Source of the DNA: an uncultured Acidobacteriota bacterium
GTDB lineage: Bacteria; Acidobacteriota; Terriglobia; UBA7540
Reading direction: 5' to 3'
DNA length: 64,000 nucleotides
Assembly (NCBI GenBank): GCA_963804995.1
Contig: CAWDSK010000006.1
Span: forward strand, 1,696,001 to 1,760,000
In this document: positions 52,545 to 62,847 of the stretch, piece by piece
Numbering within the stretch: position 1 is the first letter of the stretch
Layout of the letters: every line of letters starts with the position of its first letter
The notes under the pieces: generated by a model
Told to the model about the DNA's origin: nothing
Database searches by the model: none
Seen by the model: only the letters and a program-made list of their open reading frames with translations
Translations under genes and position numbers: made by a program

Positions 52545-53408
52545 ATGGGAATGCTTACCCCTACGCAAGTTGCGCAGTACCACGAGGAAGGTTATACAGT
52601 TCTAAATGAATTCCTCAACCGGTCCGAGGTCGATGCTATCCTCTCCGACATTGACGGCTTGACGGCCGCTGCCACTGTCGCCCATCACGATGCCGTGCGC
52701 CTGGAGATGGAGCCGAACCAGGGGCCCGAAGGGAAGAAGGTGCGGCGACTCTACGAGCCCTGCACCTATTATCCCCGGTTTCGCTCACTTTCCGAATCCA
52801 AGAAACTCCTGGACGTATTAGAACAGTTAATAGGGCCCAACCTGCTATTCCATCTCAGTAAAGTCAACATGAAGCCCGCCGCGATAGGCTCCGTGGTCGA
52901 TTGGCACCAGGACCTCACCTATTATCCCCTCACCAACACCGACTCCGTGACAGTGCTGCTTTATCTGGACGATGCGGACTCAACGAATGGCTGCTTGCAG
53001 GTTATCCCCCGTGTCCACCGGGAGCGGGTGCTGGATCACACCACGCAGGGAGTTTTTCAGGGCCGTGTCACCGAAAGCGTCGACACCTCGAAAGCGGTGT
53101 TCCTGGAAGGGAAAGCCGGGAGCGCGATCTTCATGCATTGCCTCGCGCCTCACGCTTCCGCCCCTAACCTTTCTCCCAAGTCGCGGACAACTTTGATCAT
53201 GGCCTACCGTGCCGCCCATGCTTTTCCCATTCATCTGAACAAGCGAACTGAAGCTCAAGAGGCCCATGTGCGTTTGGTTCGAGGGCAGGAAGCCTCGGCG
53301 GCGCGCCTCGGGTCAGGCTCCTTCCCGATTCCGCGATTTCCTCGCGACACGAAATCACTCTATGAGTTGCAGGAACTATCACGCAAAGGACTTGCTGCGG
53401 GCTCATAG
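52545..53408 (+). CDS. Phytanoyl-CoA dioxygenase family (2OG-Fe(II)) protein
   Basis: WHQD, NGCLQVIP, HASAPN..R. Confidence 0.92.
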   Translation: MGMLTPTQVAQYHEEGYTVLNEFLNRSEVDAILSDIDGLTAAATVAHHDAVRLEMEPNQGPEGKKVRRLYEPCTYYPRFRSLSESKKLLDVLEQLIGPNLLFHLSKVNMKPAAIGSVVDWHQDLTYYPLTNTDSVTVLLYLDDADSTNGCLQVIPRVHRERVLDHTTQGVFQGRVTESVDTSKAVFLEGKAGSAIFMHCLAPHASAPNLSPKSRTTLIMAYRAAHAFPIHLNKRTEAQEAHVRLVRGQEASAARLGSGSFPIPRFPRDTKSLYELQELSRKGLAAGS

Positions 53409-53546
53409 GGGATCGGCCACTGACGCGGACACGGCGCGGGCCGCCACCCTTGTGCTTAGATGATTTGATTCCTTGACTCCGAGCTACCGTACAGGGAGAA
53501 TTCAGTCCGGCCATTGGAGGTAAGTGCTCGGAGGACCCACGGCGAT

Positions 53547-54755
53547 ATGATGAGACACGCGCATCAACTGATTCCTCGCAGTTCAAATCTCTACGGCCCC
53601 TCCCTACTGCGCCGCATTTCTGTTTTACTTTCATGGTGCGTGGTCGGGGCTTTCGTGTGGACCGTCACCGGGGCCTCACTTTCTGCGCAGGGGACACATA
53701 TGATCAAGAAAGAAGCTTTTGGGGCCACGCGCGACGGAAAACCCGTGGAGCTTTACACTTTGACAAACCAGCACGGGATGGAAGTTCGCATCATGACTTA
53801 CGGCGGAATCGTCGTTTCTTTGCGAGCCCCCGATAAGAATGGGCATTTCGCTGATGTGGTGTTGGGATCTGACAAGTTGGACGGCTATCTCGGCGGTAGT
53901 CCCTATTTCGGAGCCCTCATCGGACGCTACGGGAACCGCATCGCAAACGCCCGGTTCACGCTCAACGGCAAGGAATACGTGTTGGCGAAAAACAACGGCC
54001 CGAACAGCCTGCACGGGGGCATCAAGGGCTTTGACAAAGTCGTGTGGCAAGCGGAACCCGTCGAGAAAACGGGAGAGACCGGATTGATCTTGAAGTATAC
54101 GAGCGCCGACGGCGAAGAGGGCTATCCGGGGACGTTAAACGCGACCGTGACCTATAGGCTCGATGAAGAAAACGAGCTGACCATCAACTATCGCGCCACG
54201 ACAGATAAGGCCACTCCGGTGAACCTCACGAACCACAGCTATTTCAACCTGGCCGGAGAAGGAAACGGCAACATCCTTGCCCACGTCCTGATGCTCAATG
54301 CCGACCACTTTACACCTGTCAACGAGACCCTCATCCCTACCGGCGAGATTTCAAGCGTCAAGGGAACGCCCCTCGATTTCACCCAGCCCACCGCCATAGG
54401 TGCTCGGATCAATGACCACTATGAACAACTGGTTTTGGGGCACGGCTACGACCACAATTTTGTGATTAACCGGAAGGCCCCGGGCCTGGCGTTTGCCGCG
54501 CGCGTTTATGAGCCGACCTCCGGCCGCGTCCTGGAGGTTTACACTTCGCAGCCGGGCGTGCAGTTCTATACGGGCAATTTTCTCGACGGGACGATCACCG
54601 GCAAGCACGGGCATGTGTACATGCAACGCTCCGCCTTTTGTCTGGAAACCCAGCATTATCCCGATTCACCCAACCAGCCGAGTTTCCCGTCGACCATCCT
54701 GCGGCCAGGCGAGATCTATCAATCCACGACGGCCTACAAATTTTCCACGCGCTAG
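53547..54755 (+). CDS. galM: Aldose 1-epimerase with signal-like N-terminus
   Basis: GRYGNRI, LHGG, NLTNHSYFNL, GYDHN, CLETQHYPD; start uncertain. Confidence 0.93.
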   Translation: MMRHAHQLIPRSSNLYGPSLLRRISVLLSWCVVGAFVWTVTGASLSAQGTHMIKKEAFGATRDGKPVELYTLTNQHGMEVRIMTYGGIVVSLRAPDKNGHFADVVLGSDKLDGYLGGSPYFGALIGRYGNRIANARFTLNGKEYVLAKNNGPNSLHGGIKGFDKVVWQAEPVEKTGETGLILKYTSADGEEGYPGTLNATVTYRLDEENELTINYRATTDKATPVNLTNHSYFNLAGEGNGNILAHVLMLNADHFTPVNETLIPTGEISSVKGTPLDFTQPTAIGARINDHYEQLVLGHGYDHNFVINRKAPGLAFAARVYEPTSGRVLEVYTSQPGVQFYTGNFLDGTITGKHGHVYMQRSAFCLETQHYPDSPNQPSFPSTILRPGEIYQSTTAYKFSTR

Positions 54756-54871
54756 TGTAGTGCGTCGCAATTCGTAGTGCTTATTATTGATGTTGTGGCG
54801 CTGAGCTTTAGCTCAGCACATGCCGACCTGAAGGTCGGCGCCACAAGTACGATTACTCGCGAGGCACTGCG
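54756..54871. mobile_element. MITE at CTAG (galM stop codon) carrying a REP doublet
   Basis: CTAG at 54752-54755 and 54872-54875; TIRs TGTAGTGCGTCGC / GCGAGGCACTGCG. Confidence 0.7.
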
Positions 54872-55019
54872 CTAGGTTGAGTTTGTCACTACGCCGAGCC
54901 GTTTCCGCTTCCCCAATCGGAAGCGCTGGGCGGCGTCCCTCTCGGCCAATAGGAAACCCGGCCGCAGAAGCATCATTCCTGCTTCGTGAGTCTCGCGCCC
55001 TGATCCTAAAAGAGAGGTC

Positions 55020-55913
55020 TCATTTGCCCGGCTTTATGGCAGGTTCTTTGCCGGGTGGGGGGGCAGATTCTTTGGCTGGCTCCGGAACGGGATCCTTGCC
55101 AATGTCTTTTACCGATTGTTTCCCTGCCGCTTTATCGGGATCTTTGGCGGCATCTTCAGTGGGATATTGCACGATGAGCGAGATTCGCCGATTGGAGGGA
55201 TCCTCGGGAGCGTCGGGCTTGCGCAAGTGCTGGTCGGCATAACCCCTCACTTGCGTCACTTGGTCGGCGTGCAAACCATTCTGTTGCATGAGCCGCCGGG
55301 CATTATTGGCACGGTCCACGGAAAGTTCCCAGTTTCCGTATTCACCCCCGTGGCGTATCAAGGGTTTGGAGTCGGTATGCCCCTCAATCGAGATTTTGTA
55401 GGGAACGCTACCTAACTCCTTGGCAAGCGCGATGAGCGCTTCCTTGCCGCTATCATTCAGATCCGGACTACCGCTTTCGAAAAAGGTGCCCTCGGCCGAT
55501 TCCATCAGTTCAATACGCAGCCCTTCGGAAGTTACCGTCATCTCAATCTGGTTCTTCAGCCTATTAATGCCTTCGATCTGGTGGATAGTGCTCTGGAGGC
55601 TTTCTTTCAACTTCGACATGTTTTCTTTGGAGACGGTGAGGCTATCCCCGGGGCCCGCTCCGGTGCTCTCACCGGGGCCCCTTCCGTTACCACCCGTTAA
55701 CTTGGTAGTCCCCGCCGGATCCTTGAAATAACCCGCGACGGCCTGCTGGATTTTTTTGCTGCTGTTCATTAACCAGAGCACGATGAAGAGCGCCATCATG
55801 GCGGTGACAAAGTCGGCGTAGGCCACCTTCCAGGCGCCGCCATGGTGCCCGCCATGGCTCCCTTTTTTCTTGATTACAATAATCGGCCGGATTGGATTTG
55901 TTGTACCTGCCAC
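55020..55913 (-). CDS. motB: Flagellar stator MotB
   Basis: WKVAYADFVTAMMALF; OmpA-like IEGHTD, NWELS.DRA, NRRI. Confidence 0.95.
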   Translation of the reverse strand: MAGTTNPIRPIIVIKKKGSHGGHHGGAWKVAYADFVTAMMALFIVLWLMNSSKKIQQAVAGYFKDPAGTTKLTGGNGRGPGESTGAGPGDSLTVSKENMSKLKESLQSTIHQIEGINRLKNQIEMTVTSEGLRIELMESAEGTFFESGSPDLNDSGKEALIALAKELGSVPYKISIEGHTDSKPLIRHGGEYGNWELSVDRANNARRLMQQNGLHADQVTQVRGYADQHLRKPDAPEDPSNRRISLIVQYPTEDAAKDPDKAAGKQSVKDIGKDPVPEPAKESAPPPGKEPAIKPGK

Positions 55914-56091
55914 GCAATCCTTCGCAAAATCCGAAATCTGCAGCGCCCGTTTGTTGCCTGGTTATAACAACTCCACGTTCTTTGCCACACACCCGGACGA
56001 AACAGAATAGGGCAACGATGACCGCAGGAACGCGGCGCACCGCGCGCTCAGGCAAAGGGGATTATGCCCAATCCAGTTCCGGATTTCGAGT

Positions 56092-56982
56092 CTATGCCGC
56101 CGCCTCTTCCGCCTTCGGCGCGGCTTCCCCGCCCTGGTTGCGGCAATAGCCCTCGAGCTCCTGGAAGGTGGGGCGTACATGCCCGGGAATTGCCCGGCGT
56201 GCTACCTCCACGGCCATAATGGGGGCGGTGCCTTTGATAAAGGAAGCCATTGCCACGCGCAGCACGTACAAGTAGGCATGCTCATCTTCCGCGGCCTTGG
56301 TCATGTTGGCGGCAACGGGTCCCACCAAGCCGTAACACATCAGAATGCCCAGGAACGTGCCCACCAGCGCCGCGGCAACTTTGTTCCCAATCTCTTCGGG
56401 GGGCCCTCCCAAGGCGCCCATGGTAATGACCACGCCCAGCACGGCGGCCACGATTCCGAGACCGGGCAACGAATCCGCCATAGTACCCAATGCCGAAACA
56501 GGCTGATTGGCATCATGATGATGAACGTCCATATCCAGCTCGATCATCTGGTCAAGTTCAAACGCCTCCACAGCGTTGCTGGCTACCAGGCGCATGGTGT
56601 CGCAAACGAAATCCCGAAGGTGATGGTCCTTGAGGAAGTCGGGATATTTGGAAAACACCGTGCTCTTTTCCGGGTCATCGGTATCGCCTTCGATCGCCAC
56701 CAAACCATCCCGGCGCGCCCGGGTGAAAAGCTCAAACATCATCTTCAGCGAGTCGAGATACCACTGCTTGTTGAATTTCGATCCTTTGAAGACGCCGGGA
56801 AGACCTCCAGCAATAGCTTTCAGGATATGAAGGGGATTCGCAATCAGCAGCGTTCCCACGCCCGCCCCACCAATGATGAGCAATTCTGCCGGTTGCAGAA
56901 GCACCTTGATGTTGCCGTGCTCCATCAGGTAGCCCCCCAGCACTGCCCCGAAGACCACCACGATTCCTATGATCGCAAACAT
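56092..56982 (-). CDS. motA: Flagellar stator MotA
   Basis: QPAELLIIGG, LPGLGIVAAVLG, AALVGTFLGI. Confidence 0.95.
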   Translation of the reverse strand: MFAIIGIVVVFGAVLGGYLMEHGNIKVLLQPAELLIIGGAGVGTLLIANPLHILKAIAGGLPGVFKGSKFNKQWYLDSLKMMFELFTRARRDGLVAIEGDTDDPEKSTVFSKYPDFLKDHHLRDFVCDTMRLVASNAVEAFELDQMIELDMDVHHHDANQPVSALGTMADSLPGLGIVAAVLGVVITMGALGGPPEEIGNKVAAALVGTFLGILMCYGLVGPVAANMTKAAEDEHAYLYVLRVAMASFIKGTAPIMAVEVARRAIPGHVRPTFQELEGYCRNQGGEAAPKAEEAAA

Positions 56983-57004
56983 CTTCCCTTATCTCCCCGA
57001 CCGG

Positions 57005-57928
57005 CTATGGTTCTGTTGCATTGAGCACCGTGACGCAGTCGCCGCCCGCTGTGGCGCTTTGCTCAAGCGCCTTCGCCAACCGCTCCATGAGTGATTCCAG
57101 CGCCTCGCCCGGATCGACGGCGGTTCCCCCCACCGAAGCCGTAACCGACAGCGGGTCACCCCACCACGTTATCACCGAGCAACTAATCAGCCTCTTGAGC
57201 TGTTCCGCGGTAGACTGCAAGGCGCCCTCACCGCAGTTTGTGACCATGACCAAAAACTGGCTGTTCGTCCAGCGGCCAACGTAATCCAGCGTGTCGAGTC
57301 CATTCCTCAGAGTATGCGCGGCCACATTCAATAGGGCCTCCGCCGCGACCAAGCCATGAGTGGCCGTAAGGCTTCCCAACTGGTCCAACCTGATCGAGAG
57401 GATACCGAACGGGATCACATGTTCTGTCGAAAACTTGAGCCGCTCGGCCAAATATGAATCCGTAAAGGTCTGATCCGGGAGCCGCGTAACCGCGTCAAGC
57501 CCGTGACCTACGGCCAAGTCACTCCCCGGACAGTGCTGGGCGGAGGCGCAATGAATCTCGACAAAGCTCTCCGCTGCACCGATCACCTGATCGTGGGCAT
57601 TGCGGATGGGGACAGCTCGCACCGAGACGGGAACCGGGTACCCAGCCTTGTGATGAAGGTAGACCTGCACCTCGCGCGGCTGCCCATCCCGCATGGCGGC
57701 CAGGACCGGGCAGGCATGGTTGCAGAGCGCCGTGTCGTTCTTGTCGAAGTGAACCAGAAGATCGTCACGGCAGAAACGCCCCATAACCTCCTGACGCAGA
57801 AAGCCGGTAATTTCCTCGGCGCCGTCATTCCAGAAGACGATCTTGCGCTCCGGGTCCACGATGCAGACGCCAATCGTCAAACTCTCCAGGACCGCCCTGA
57901 GGATTTCCGGCTCATGCAGGTCTAACAT
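57005..57928 (-). CDS. PAS plus degenerate GGDEF protein
   Basis: PAS (WNDGAEEITG), DAVTRLP; GRWTNSQF in place of GRxGGDEF. Confidence 0.85.
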   Translation of the reverse strand: MLDLHEPEILRAVLESLTIGVCIVDPERKIVFWNDGAEEITGFLRQEVMGRFCRDDLLVHFDKNDTALCNHACPVLAAMRDGQPREVQVYLHHKAGYPVPVSVRAVPIRNAHDQVIGAAESFVEIHCASAQHCPGSDLAVGHGLDAVTRLPDQTFTDSYLAERLKFSTEHVIPFGILSIRLDQLGSLTATHGLVAAEALLNVAAHTLRNGLDTLDYVGRWTNSQFLVMVTNCGEGALQSTAEQLKRLISCSVITWWGDPLSVTASVGGTAVDPGEALESLMERLAKALEQSATAGGDCVTVLNATEP

Positions 57929-58064
57929 GAAAACTCCTTCTACCTCTTATCGGCTGGAATCCGTCGGTCTTGAGGTAGATTGCGGGGCCACGATGGGTCT
58001 TTAAGGCAGGGCCAGAAGCCGGCCGGGATTGAACCGGCGCCCTCGCGGCATCAATTCGCAATAT

Positions 58065-59102
58065 TTATTGAGGGAAGTCAGCAGGCGGGGTGATTTTCTC
58101 CCAACCTTCCCCATTGAGTGAATCGAGAAAAGCCAGCAGATCCTGCTTGGTCTGCTCATCCAAATAAAATGGTGTAAGGCGAGTGTCGAGGTGGGGATTC
58201 GGCAATCCTCCCTTAGCGTACATATCCAAAACCTCTCCAAGCGTTGCGATGCTGCCGTCATGCATGTAGGGCGCGCGATGGGCAAGATCCCGCAGGCTGG
58301 GTATTTTGAATTTCCCAATGTCGCCCCGCTTTTTCGTCACCGCTTCCTGGCCAGGATCGGGATGGGCCTGGCCCATGCCGATTCCCAGGTTGGCGAATTT
58401 TTCCGTGGTGAAGTTCGGGCCGGAGTGGCATTCGGCGCATTCGCCCTTCTTATTGAAGAAATCCAAACCATCCTTCTGTTGTTTCGTCAGGGCGGATTTA
58501 TCACCGGCCAAGTAGCGGTCATAGGCAGAATCACCTGAAACAATGGTGCGCTCGAAGGTTGCGAGGGCTTTGGCAACGCGCTCAAAGGTGATGGTGCTGT
58601 CTCCGAAGGCAGCGGCAAAAAGCGGGGCGTAGCCTTTGATCTCCCGCAGCTTTTGGACTACCGCGTCCGGCGTCATTCCCATCTCATTGGGATTGGTCAC
58701 CGGAACAATAACCTGTGACTCCAGCGTAGCCGCCCGCCCATCCCAGAATTGCGATTTGCCCCAGGCGCGGTTGATCAGGGTCGGTGAGTGGCGAACTCCC
58801 AGCTTTCCATTCACCCCTTTCGACAAGGGCGTACTGGCCGCGAAGGCATGACTGGGCTCATGACAGAAAGCGCACGACACTACACCATTCGAAGAAAGGC
58901 GGCCATCGAAGAAGAGCATCTTGCCTAGTTCAACACGCGCCGGTGAGTATGGATTGTCTTCCGGCCAGGGAATGGGCGGCAGCCCTAATGGAACTGTGAA
59001 ACCGGCTGATGGGGCCTGCACCTTAGCCGGGGGCGCGGGGAAAGATACAAGGCCCGCCAGCAAAAGTGCTGCTAGTCGCGCGCCATTGAAAAGCGGGGTC
59101 AA
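58065..59102 (-). CDS. Di-heme cytochrome c peroxidase/MauG family
   Basis: CAFCH and CAECH, QFWDGRA, FKIPSLR, PYMHDG. Confidence 0.92.
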   Translation of the reverse strand: MTPLFNGARLAALLLAGLVSFPAPPAKVQAPSAGFTVPLGLPPIPWPEDNPYSPARVELGKMLFFDGRLSSNGVVSCAFCHEPSHAFAASTPLSKGVNGKLGVRHSPTLINRAWGKSQFWDGRAATLESQVIVPVTNPNEMGMTPDAVVQKLREIKGYAPLFAAAFGDSTITFERVAKALATFERTIVSGDSAYDRYLAGDKSALTKQQKDGLDFFNKKGECAECHSGPNFTTEKFANLGIGMGQAHPDPGQEAVTKKRGDIGKFKIPSLRDLAHRAPYMHDGSIATLGEVLDMYAKGGLPNPHLDTRLTPFYLDEQTKQDLLAFLDSLNGEGWEKITPPADFPQ

Positions 59103-59173
59103 TTGCTACTCCCGGTCTCTGGTGGCGTGGCGGCGTCCCGATCAGATCGGGACAGGTTCCGCCGCCTCTACCC

Positions 59174-59995
59174 CTAATCCGTCCCCCCGGGGTTGGGTTT
59201 AAGAACTCGAGGGACATGTGGCGTGATGAATCGAAAACGCCGTCCGATAATCATTTTGACCAGCAGGTGATCGGTGCTCCGCGTTGCGCCCACGCCCACA
59301 CCGAAGTTGAATTCCCAGTTCGGACCGAAGTCATAATCGATTGTAGGGATGATCTGTTGTTGCTGCAAATAGAGGGCGTCAAAACCCGTAACCGGTCCCA
59401 GTGAGCCGTAGTATTCGAGGCCCGCACTGAGTTTCCGTGTGAGGGAATAAGCAGCCTTGAAGTTGGGAGAAAAACCCACGCCTTCCGAAACGCTCGGCCC
59501 ATGAAACGACCTCTCCAGTGCCGGATTGAAGGCCAGGTACCAATGCTTCCACTGCTTGTCGACGATGGGGCGAATCTCCCACGTCCAGGTGTCCGCAGAA
59601 AAGATGGGCCGCTGGTAGCCGATCTCAGTCGAGACGCTCACGCCCACCGGCCAATTCCATTTTTCCGGGACGCGGACCCTGGGGCGAATGTGATCGCCCA
59701 CCCACTTATAACCCTCATGCGGACCGTAACTCGTGAAGATATAGAGGCCGGTCTCAAACCAATCCGTCCAGCCCTGAGTGACCTCGACCGTTTCGTGAGT
59801 CTGATGTTCATCCGGAAGCACGCCTTGGTTGAGGGTCTTGAATCCTTCAAAGGTAAAATTGCTGTGCAGCTCGATCATGGTGCGGCCGGGCGCTACCGTG
59901 TCGGCTCCGTATACCTGAATTTCGTAGTTGCCTTGGCCATAGAGCGGCAAAGCGGCCGCGGCTATCAGGATGGCGAATTGGATACCCTTGAGCAA
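59174..59995 (-). CDS. Putative outer-membrane beta-barrel protein
   Basis: Signal peptide, NYEIQVY, alternating aromatic beta strands. Confidence 0.65.
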   Translation of the reverse strand: MLKGIQFAILIAAAALPLYGQGNYEIQVYGADTVAPGRTMIELHSNFTFEGFKTLNQGVLPDEHQTHETVEVTQGWTDWFETGLYIFTSYGPHEGYKWVGDHIRPRVRVPEKWNWPVGVSVSTEIGYQRPIFSADTWTWEIRPIVDKQWKHWYLAFNPALERSFHGPSVSEGVGFSPNFKAAYSLTRKLSAGLEYYGSLGPVTGFDALYLQQQQIIPTIDYDFGPNWEFNFGVGVGATRSTDHLLVKMIIGRRFRFITPHVPRVLKPNPGGTD

Positions 59996-60142
59996 TGTCT
60001 TTTTCGCACGCGAATTCCCATCTTACCTTAGAGCAGGTTTTTCAGGGAACCCCTTAGGCCGTCGGGTGCTGTCCTAATCTGAACGTAGCGCCGCCCTTAT
60101 GTTTTTGGATTTTTAGCTTGTAGAATTCTCAAACGCCCAAGT

Positions 60143-60305
60143 GACCCCTCACCCCCACCGCGCAAAACGTGGGGCCCCCTTCCCGCCCCGGCTGATGAAG
60201 ACGCCGGCGGCGGTCCACCCTCTCCCCTCGGAGAGGGCTAGGCACCGTAGGTCCCAGCCTTCTCCCAGGGGAGAAGGTGGCCGACGTAGGAGGACGGATG
60301 AGGGG
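60143..60305. repeat. CCCTCTCCC/GGGAGAGGG-type palindromic repeat cluster
   Basis: Shares CCCGCCCCGGCTG..CACCCTCTCCCC and GCAAAACGTGGGGCCCC blocks with 31156-31320. Confidence 0.75.
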
Positions 60306-60531
60306 TTACTTCCAAATTGATCATCGGGGCCGAGAGCCGGGGTGGTGCTGACTTGGAATAAAAGGGGTGGCCAAAATCCACCATCGACTGGTGGTTTATG
60401 GCCAGACGTAGCGAGGCGAATCAGCCCAGGCATATAAAAAAACTCTAATGCTTTCAATGGCCTACAGGCGAGGTGCGTTTTGGCGATACAGTTGCCCTCT
60501 GTGGGAGTGGGCAAGACAAAGGGGATTAACT

Positions 60532-61521
60532 ATGGGCAGCATCCAAACCAAAGTAATTCGGAAAGTCATCAACTATCTTGCGGTGTTTGCACTGGCGACA
60601 TCGAGCCTGGCGTTCGGGCAAGACCCGGACCCCGGCCCGCCGCCGAAGGCAGACACCTCTCCCGGGTGGCACCGTTTTTCCTACCCTGCGCCTCAGGCAA
60701 ATCCGGAACAGCCGAATACGCCGCCTGACGCTCCACCGACGGCTCCGGTTCCGCAGGTTGATCCGCAGATGGTGCCGGCACTGATAACCATTCCGGCGGG
60801 GACCTTTGTCACCGTGCGGGTTGATCAGTTCCTCTCTTCCGACAAGAACCAGGCGGGCGATGGGTTTTCCGCGACGCTCTCACGACCCCTGGTGGCTAAC
60901 GGCGTAGTGATCGCGCGCCGGGGTCAGACCCTCGGTGGCAAGGTTACAGAAGCCCAGAAGGCCGGCCGCGTCAAGGGCGTTTCCCGGCTGGCGGTGCAGT
61001 TGAACTCCTTGACTTTGGTGGATGGCGAACAAGTGCCGATCGAGACGGCATTGGATAACCTGAAGGGCCCCACGTCGAACGGCAGAGACGCGGGAGCGAT
61101 TGTCACGACGACCGGCGTGGGCGCAGCCATTGGCGCCGGGGCAGCCGGGGGCGTGGGCGCCGGAATTGGCGCTGGAGCAGGCTTAATTGTCAGCACCATC
61201 GGCGTGCTGGTGACCCGCGGGCGTCCCTCCATGATCTATCCCGAGTCGCAGTTGACGTTCCGCCTGGCAAAGGCCGTCACCTTCTCAACCGCACAGGCGC
61301 CACAAGCTTTCATTCCGGTGAACACACCGGCGTACGGCCAGCCCGCCAGGGCGCAGGGTCCTCCGCCACCGGCCTATCGGAGCTCTTGTGGCTATCCCGG
61401 CTGCGTGGCGCCGCCCCCTCCGTACTATTACCCACCGGCCTATCCCTACTACTGGGGGCCGACCTTCTCGTTCTGGTATGGGCCGGGGTTCTACGGCCGG
61501 GGCTTCGGGTTCAGGCGCTAA
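60532..61521 (+). CDS. Secreted Pro/Gly-rich protein with a TrbI-like beta domain
   Basis: Signal peptide; TIPAGT.VTVR..LSS, glycine zipper, Tyr/Pro-rich tail. Confidence 0.75.
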   Translation: MGSIQTKVIRKVINYLAVFALATSSLAFGQDPDPGPPPKADTSPGWHRFSYPAPQANPEQPNTPPDAPPTAPVPQVDPQMVPALITIPAGTFVTVRVDQFLSSDKNQAGDGFSATLSRPLVANGVVIARRGQTLGGKVTEAQKAGRVKGVSRLAVQLNSLTLVDGEQVPIETALDNLKGPTSNGRDAGAIVTTTGVGAAIGAGAAGGVGAGIGAGAGLIVSTIGVLVTRGRPSMIYPESQLTFRLAKAVTFSTAQAPQAFIPVNTPAYGQPARAQGPPPPAYRSSCGYPGCVAPPPPYYYPPAYPYYWGPTFSFWYGPGFYGRGFGFRR

Positions 61522-61604
61522 GCCGTAAGGAACCCACGATGAGCAGGGCGCTCGTCGTGGGTTCCCTTAATTGCCTCCACCCATCGCAACTCGCACCTAA
61601 CCCA

Positions 61605-61784
61605 GTGTTGAGCTCCGCTCCGATCTTCAAGCGGGGCCGAGGTGGAGTTTACGAAGCTTGGGGGCAAACAGAATCTGGGCGGCACCTGCTGGTAATCTTC
61701 CGATATCTAGGACACAATCGAGCGTGGCCTATTACGGCCCGCGATATGGATGAAAATGAAAAAAGGTTCTTCCGTAAAAAGTAA
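61605..61784 (+). pseudogene. BrnT-like toxin, N-terminally truncated
   Basis: GQTESGRHLLVIF...PITARDM...EKR; no upstream FEWD/H motifs. Confidence 0.7.
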
Positions 61785-62028
61785 CGATCACACCACTCGC
61801 AAGAAGCTGGTCTATGTGAAATCGGCGGCGGAGATCCCGGATTTCAAGTCGGAGGATGAAGTTGCCGCGTGGTACCAGACCCACAGCACGGTCTTGATCC
61901 AGGACCAGCTTGAAACGCTGCCCGCCCGAGTGGGCGGCAAACTCCGTGCGCGCCTCGCCGTCCGTCGCGGCAACGGGAACACCTTGCCCAGAAGCCAGCG
62001 GCGCACCCGCTCGGCCCAGTCCACTTGA
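61750..62028 (+). CDS. BrnA/CopG-like antitoxin
   Basis: IPDFKSEDEVAAWYQTH; overlaps the toxin end. Confidence 0.65.
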   Translation: MKMKKGSSVKSNDHTTRKKLVYVKSAAEIPDFKSEDEVAAWYQTHSTVLIQDQLETLPARVGGKLRARLAVRRGNGNTLPRSQRRTRSAQST

Positions 62029-62514
62029 TCCCAGCCCCTCAGCCCTTACCCACTCAACTGGCCGTACTGCGGAGCTTGACTGGCTGATAAGTTCCCGGCA
62101 CTGCGCGAAAGCCGATGGCAATGCGATTCCAGGTGTTGATGGTGGTGATAGCCAGTGTATCGATTCTCACCTCCTGATATGCCCTTCCTTAATTTGGATG
62201 ACCCACAACCTGATTTCGATGCAGTCTGGTTTCGGAAGGAGTAAACTTCGCGAAGTCTTTTAAGAACTGTAGTCCGCAAAAGGAGGATTCATGCTGGGCT
62301 CTTTGACATTCGCCGTTTGTGTACTCATGCACTACCACTACCACGACGCGATTCCCTGGTATATCTGGATATTCGCCATTTTCTTGTCGTTTAGCGATCA
62401 GGCTGTGAAGTTCAAGAAGGCCTAACGCGCCGCTGCAAACCGCCCCAAACCAGAGTAAAATGCCAGGGGCAAAATCCGAACAATAATTCAAATCACCGAA
62501 TAAGGAGACGCATC

Positions 62515-62721
62515 ATGGCAGGAATCTACAAGCTCACGGAAATCGTCGGCACATCGCCGACCAGCTTCGCAGAGGCGGTACGCGCGGCGGTTGCCGAGGC
62601 CGCCAAAAGCCTTCGGCATTTGGAATGGTTTGAGGTCGTCGAGCAGCGCGGGCGCATTGCCGAGGGCAAAGTTACGGAGTTTCAAGTCACGGTTAAGATC
62701 GGATTCAAGCTGGAGAGGTAG
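62515..62721 (+). CDS. Dodecin family flavin-binding protein
   Basis: YKLTEIVGTS, WFEV.E.RG, FQV.VKIGF; AAGGAG RBS. Confidence 0.95.
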   Translation: MAGIYKLTEIVGTSPTSFAEAVRAAVAEAAKSLRHLEWFEVVEQRGRIAEGKVTEFQVTVKIGFKLER

Positions 62722-62847
62722 GCGGTAGGGTACAGGGAATAGGTGACAGGGAACAGTAAGAGCTGTTAGCTTGCAGCTCCTGGCTCCTGCCCTGTAACCT
62801 GTACCCTGTACCCTGTTCCCTATTCCCTGTTCCCTATCCCCTGTTCC
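62722..62847. repeat. Heptamer (ACAGGGA/TCCCTGT) inverted array between convergent genes
   Basis: G-rich 7-mers followed by complementary C-rich 7-mers. Confidence 0.8.

Noticed and set aside
62046..62491. Short ORFs between the antitoxin and dodecin
   Set aside because: No recognisable motif or RBS; cannot be supported
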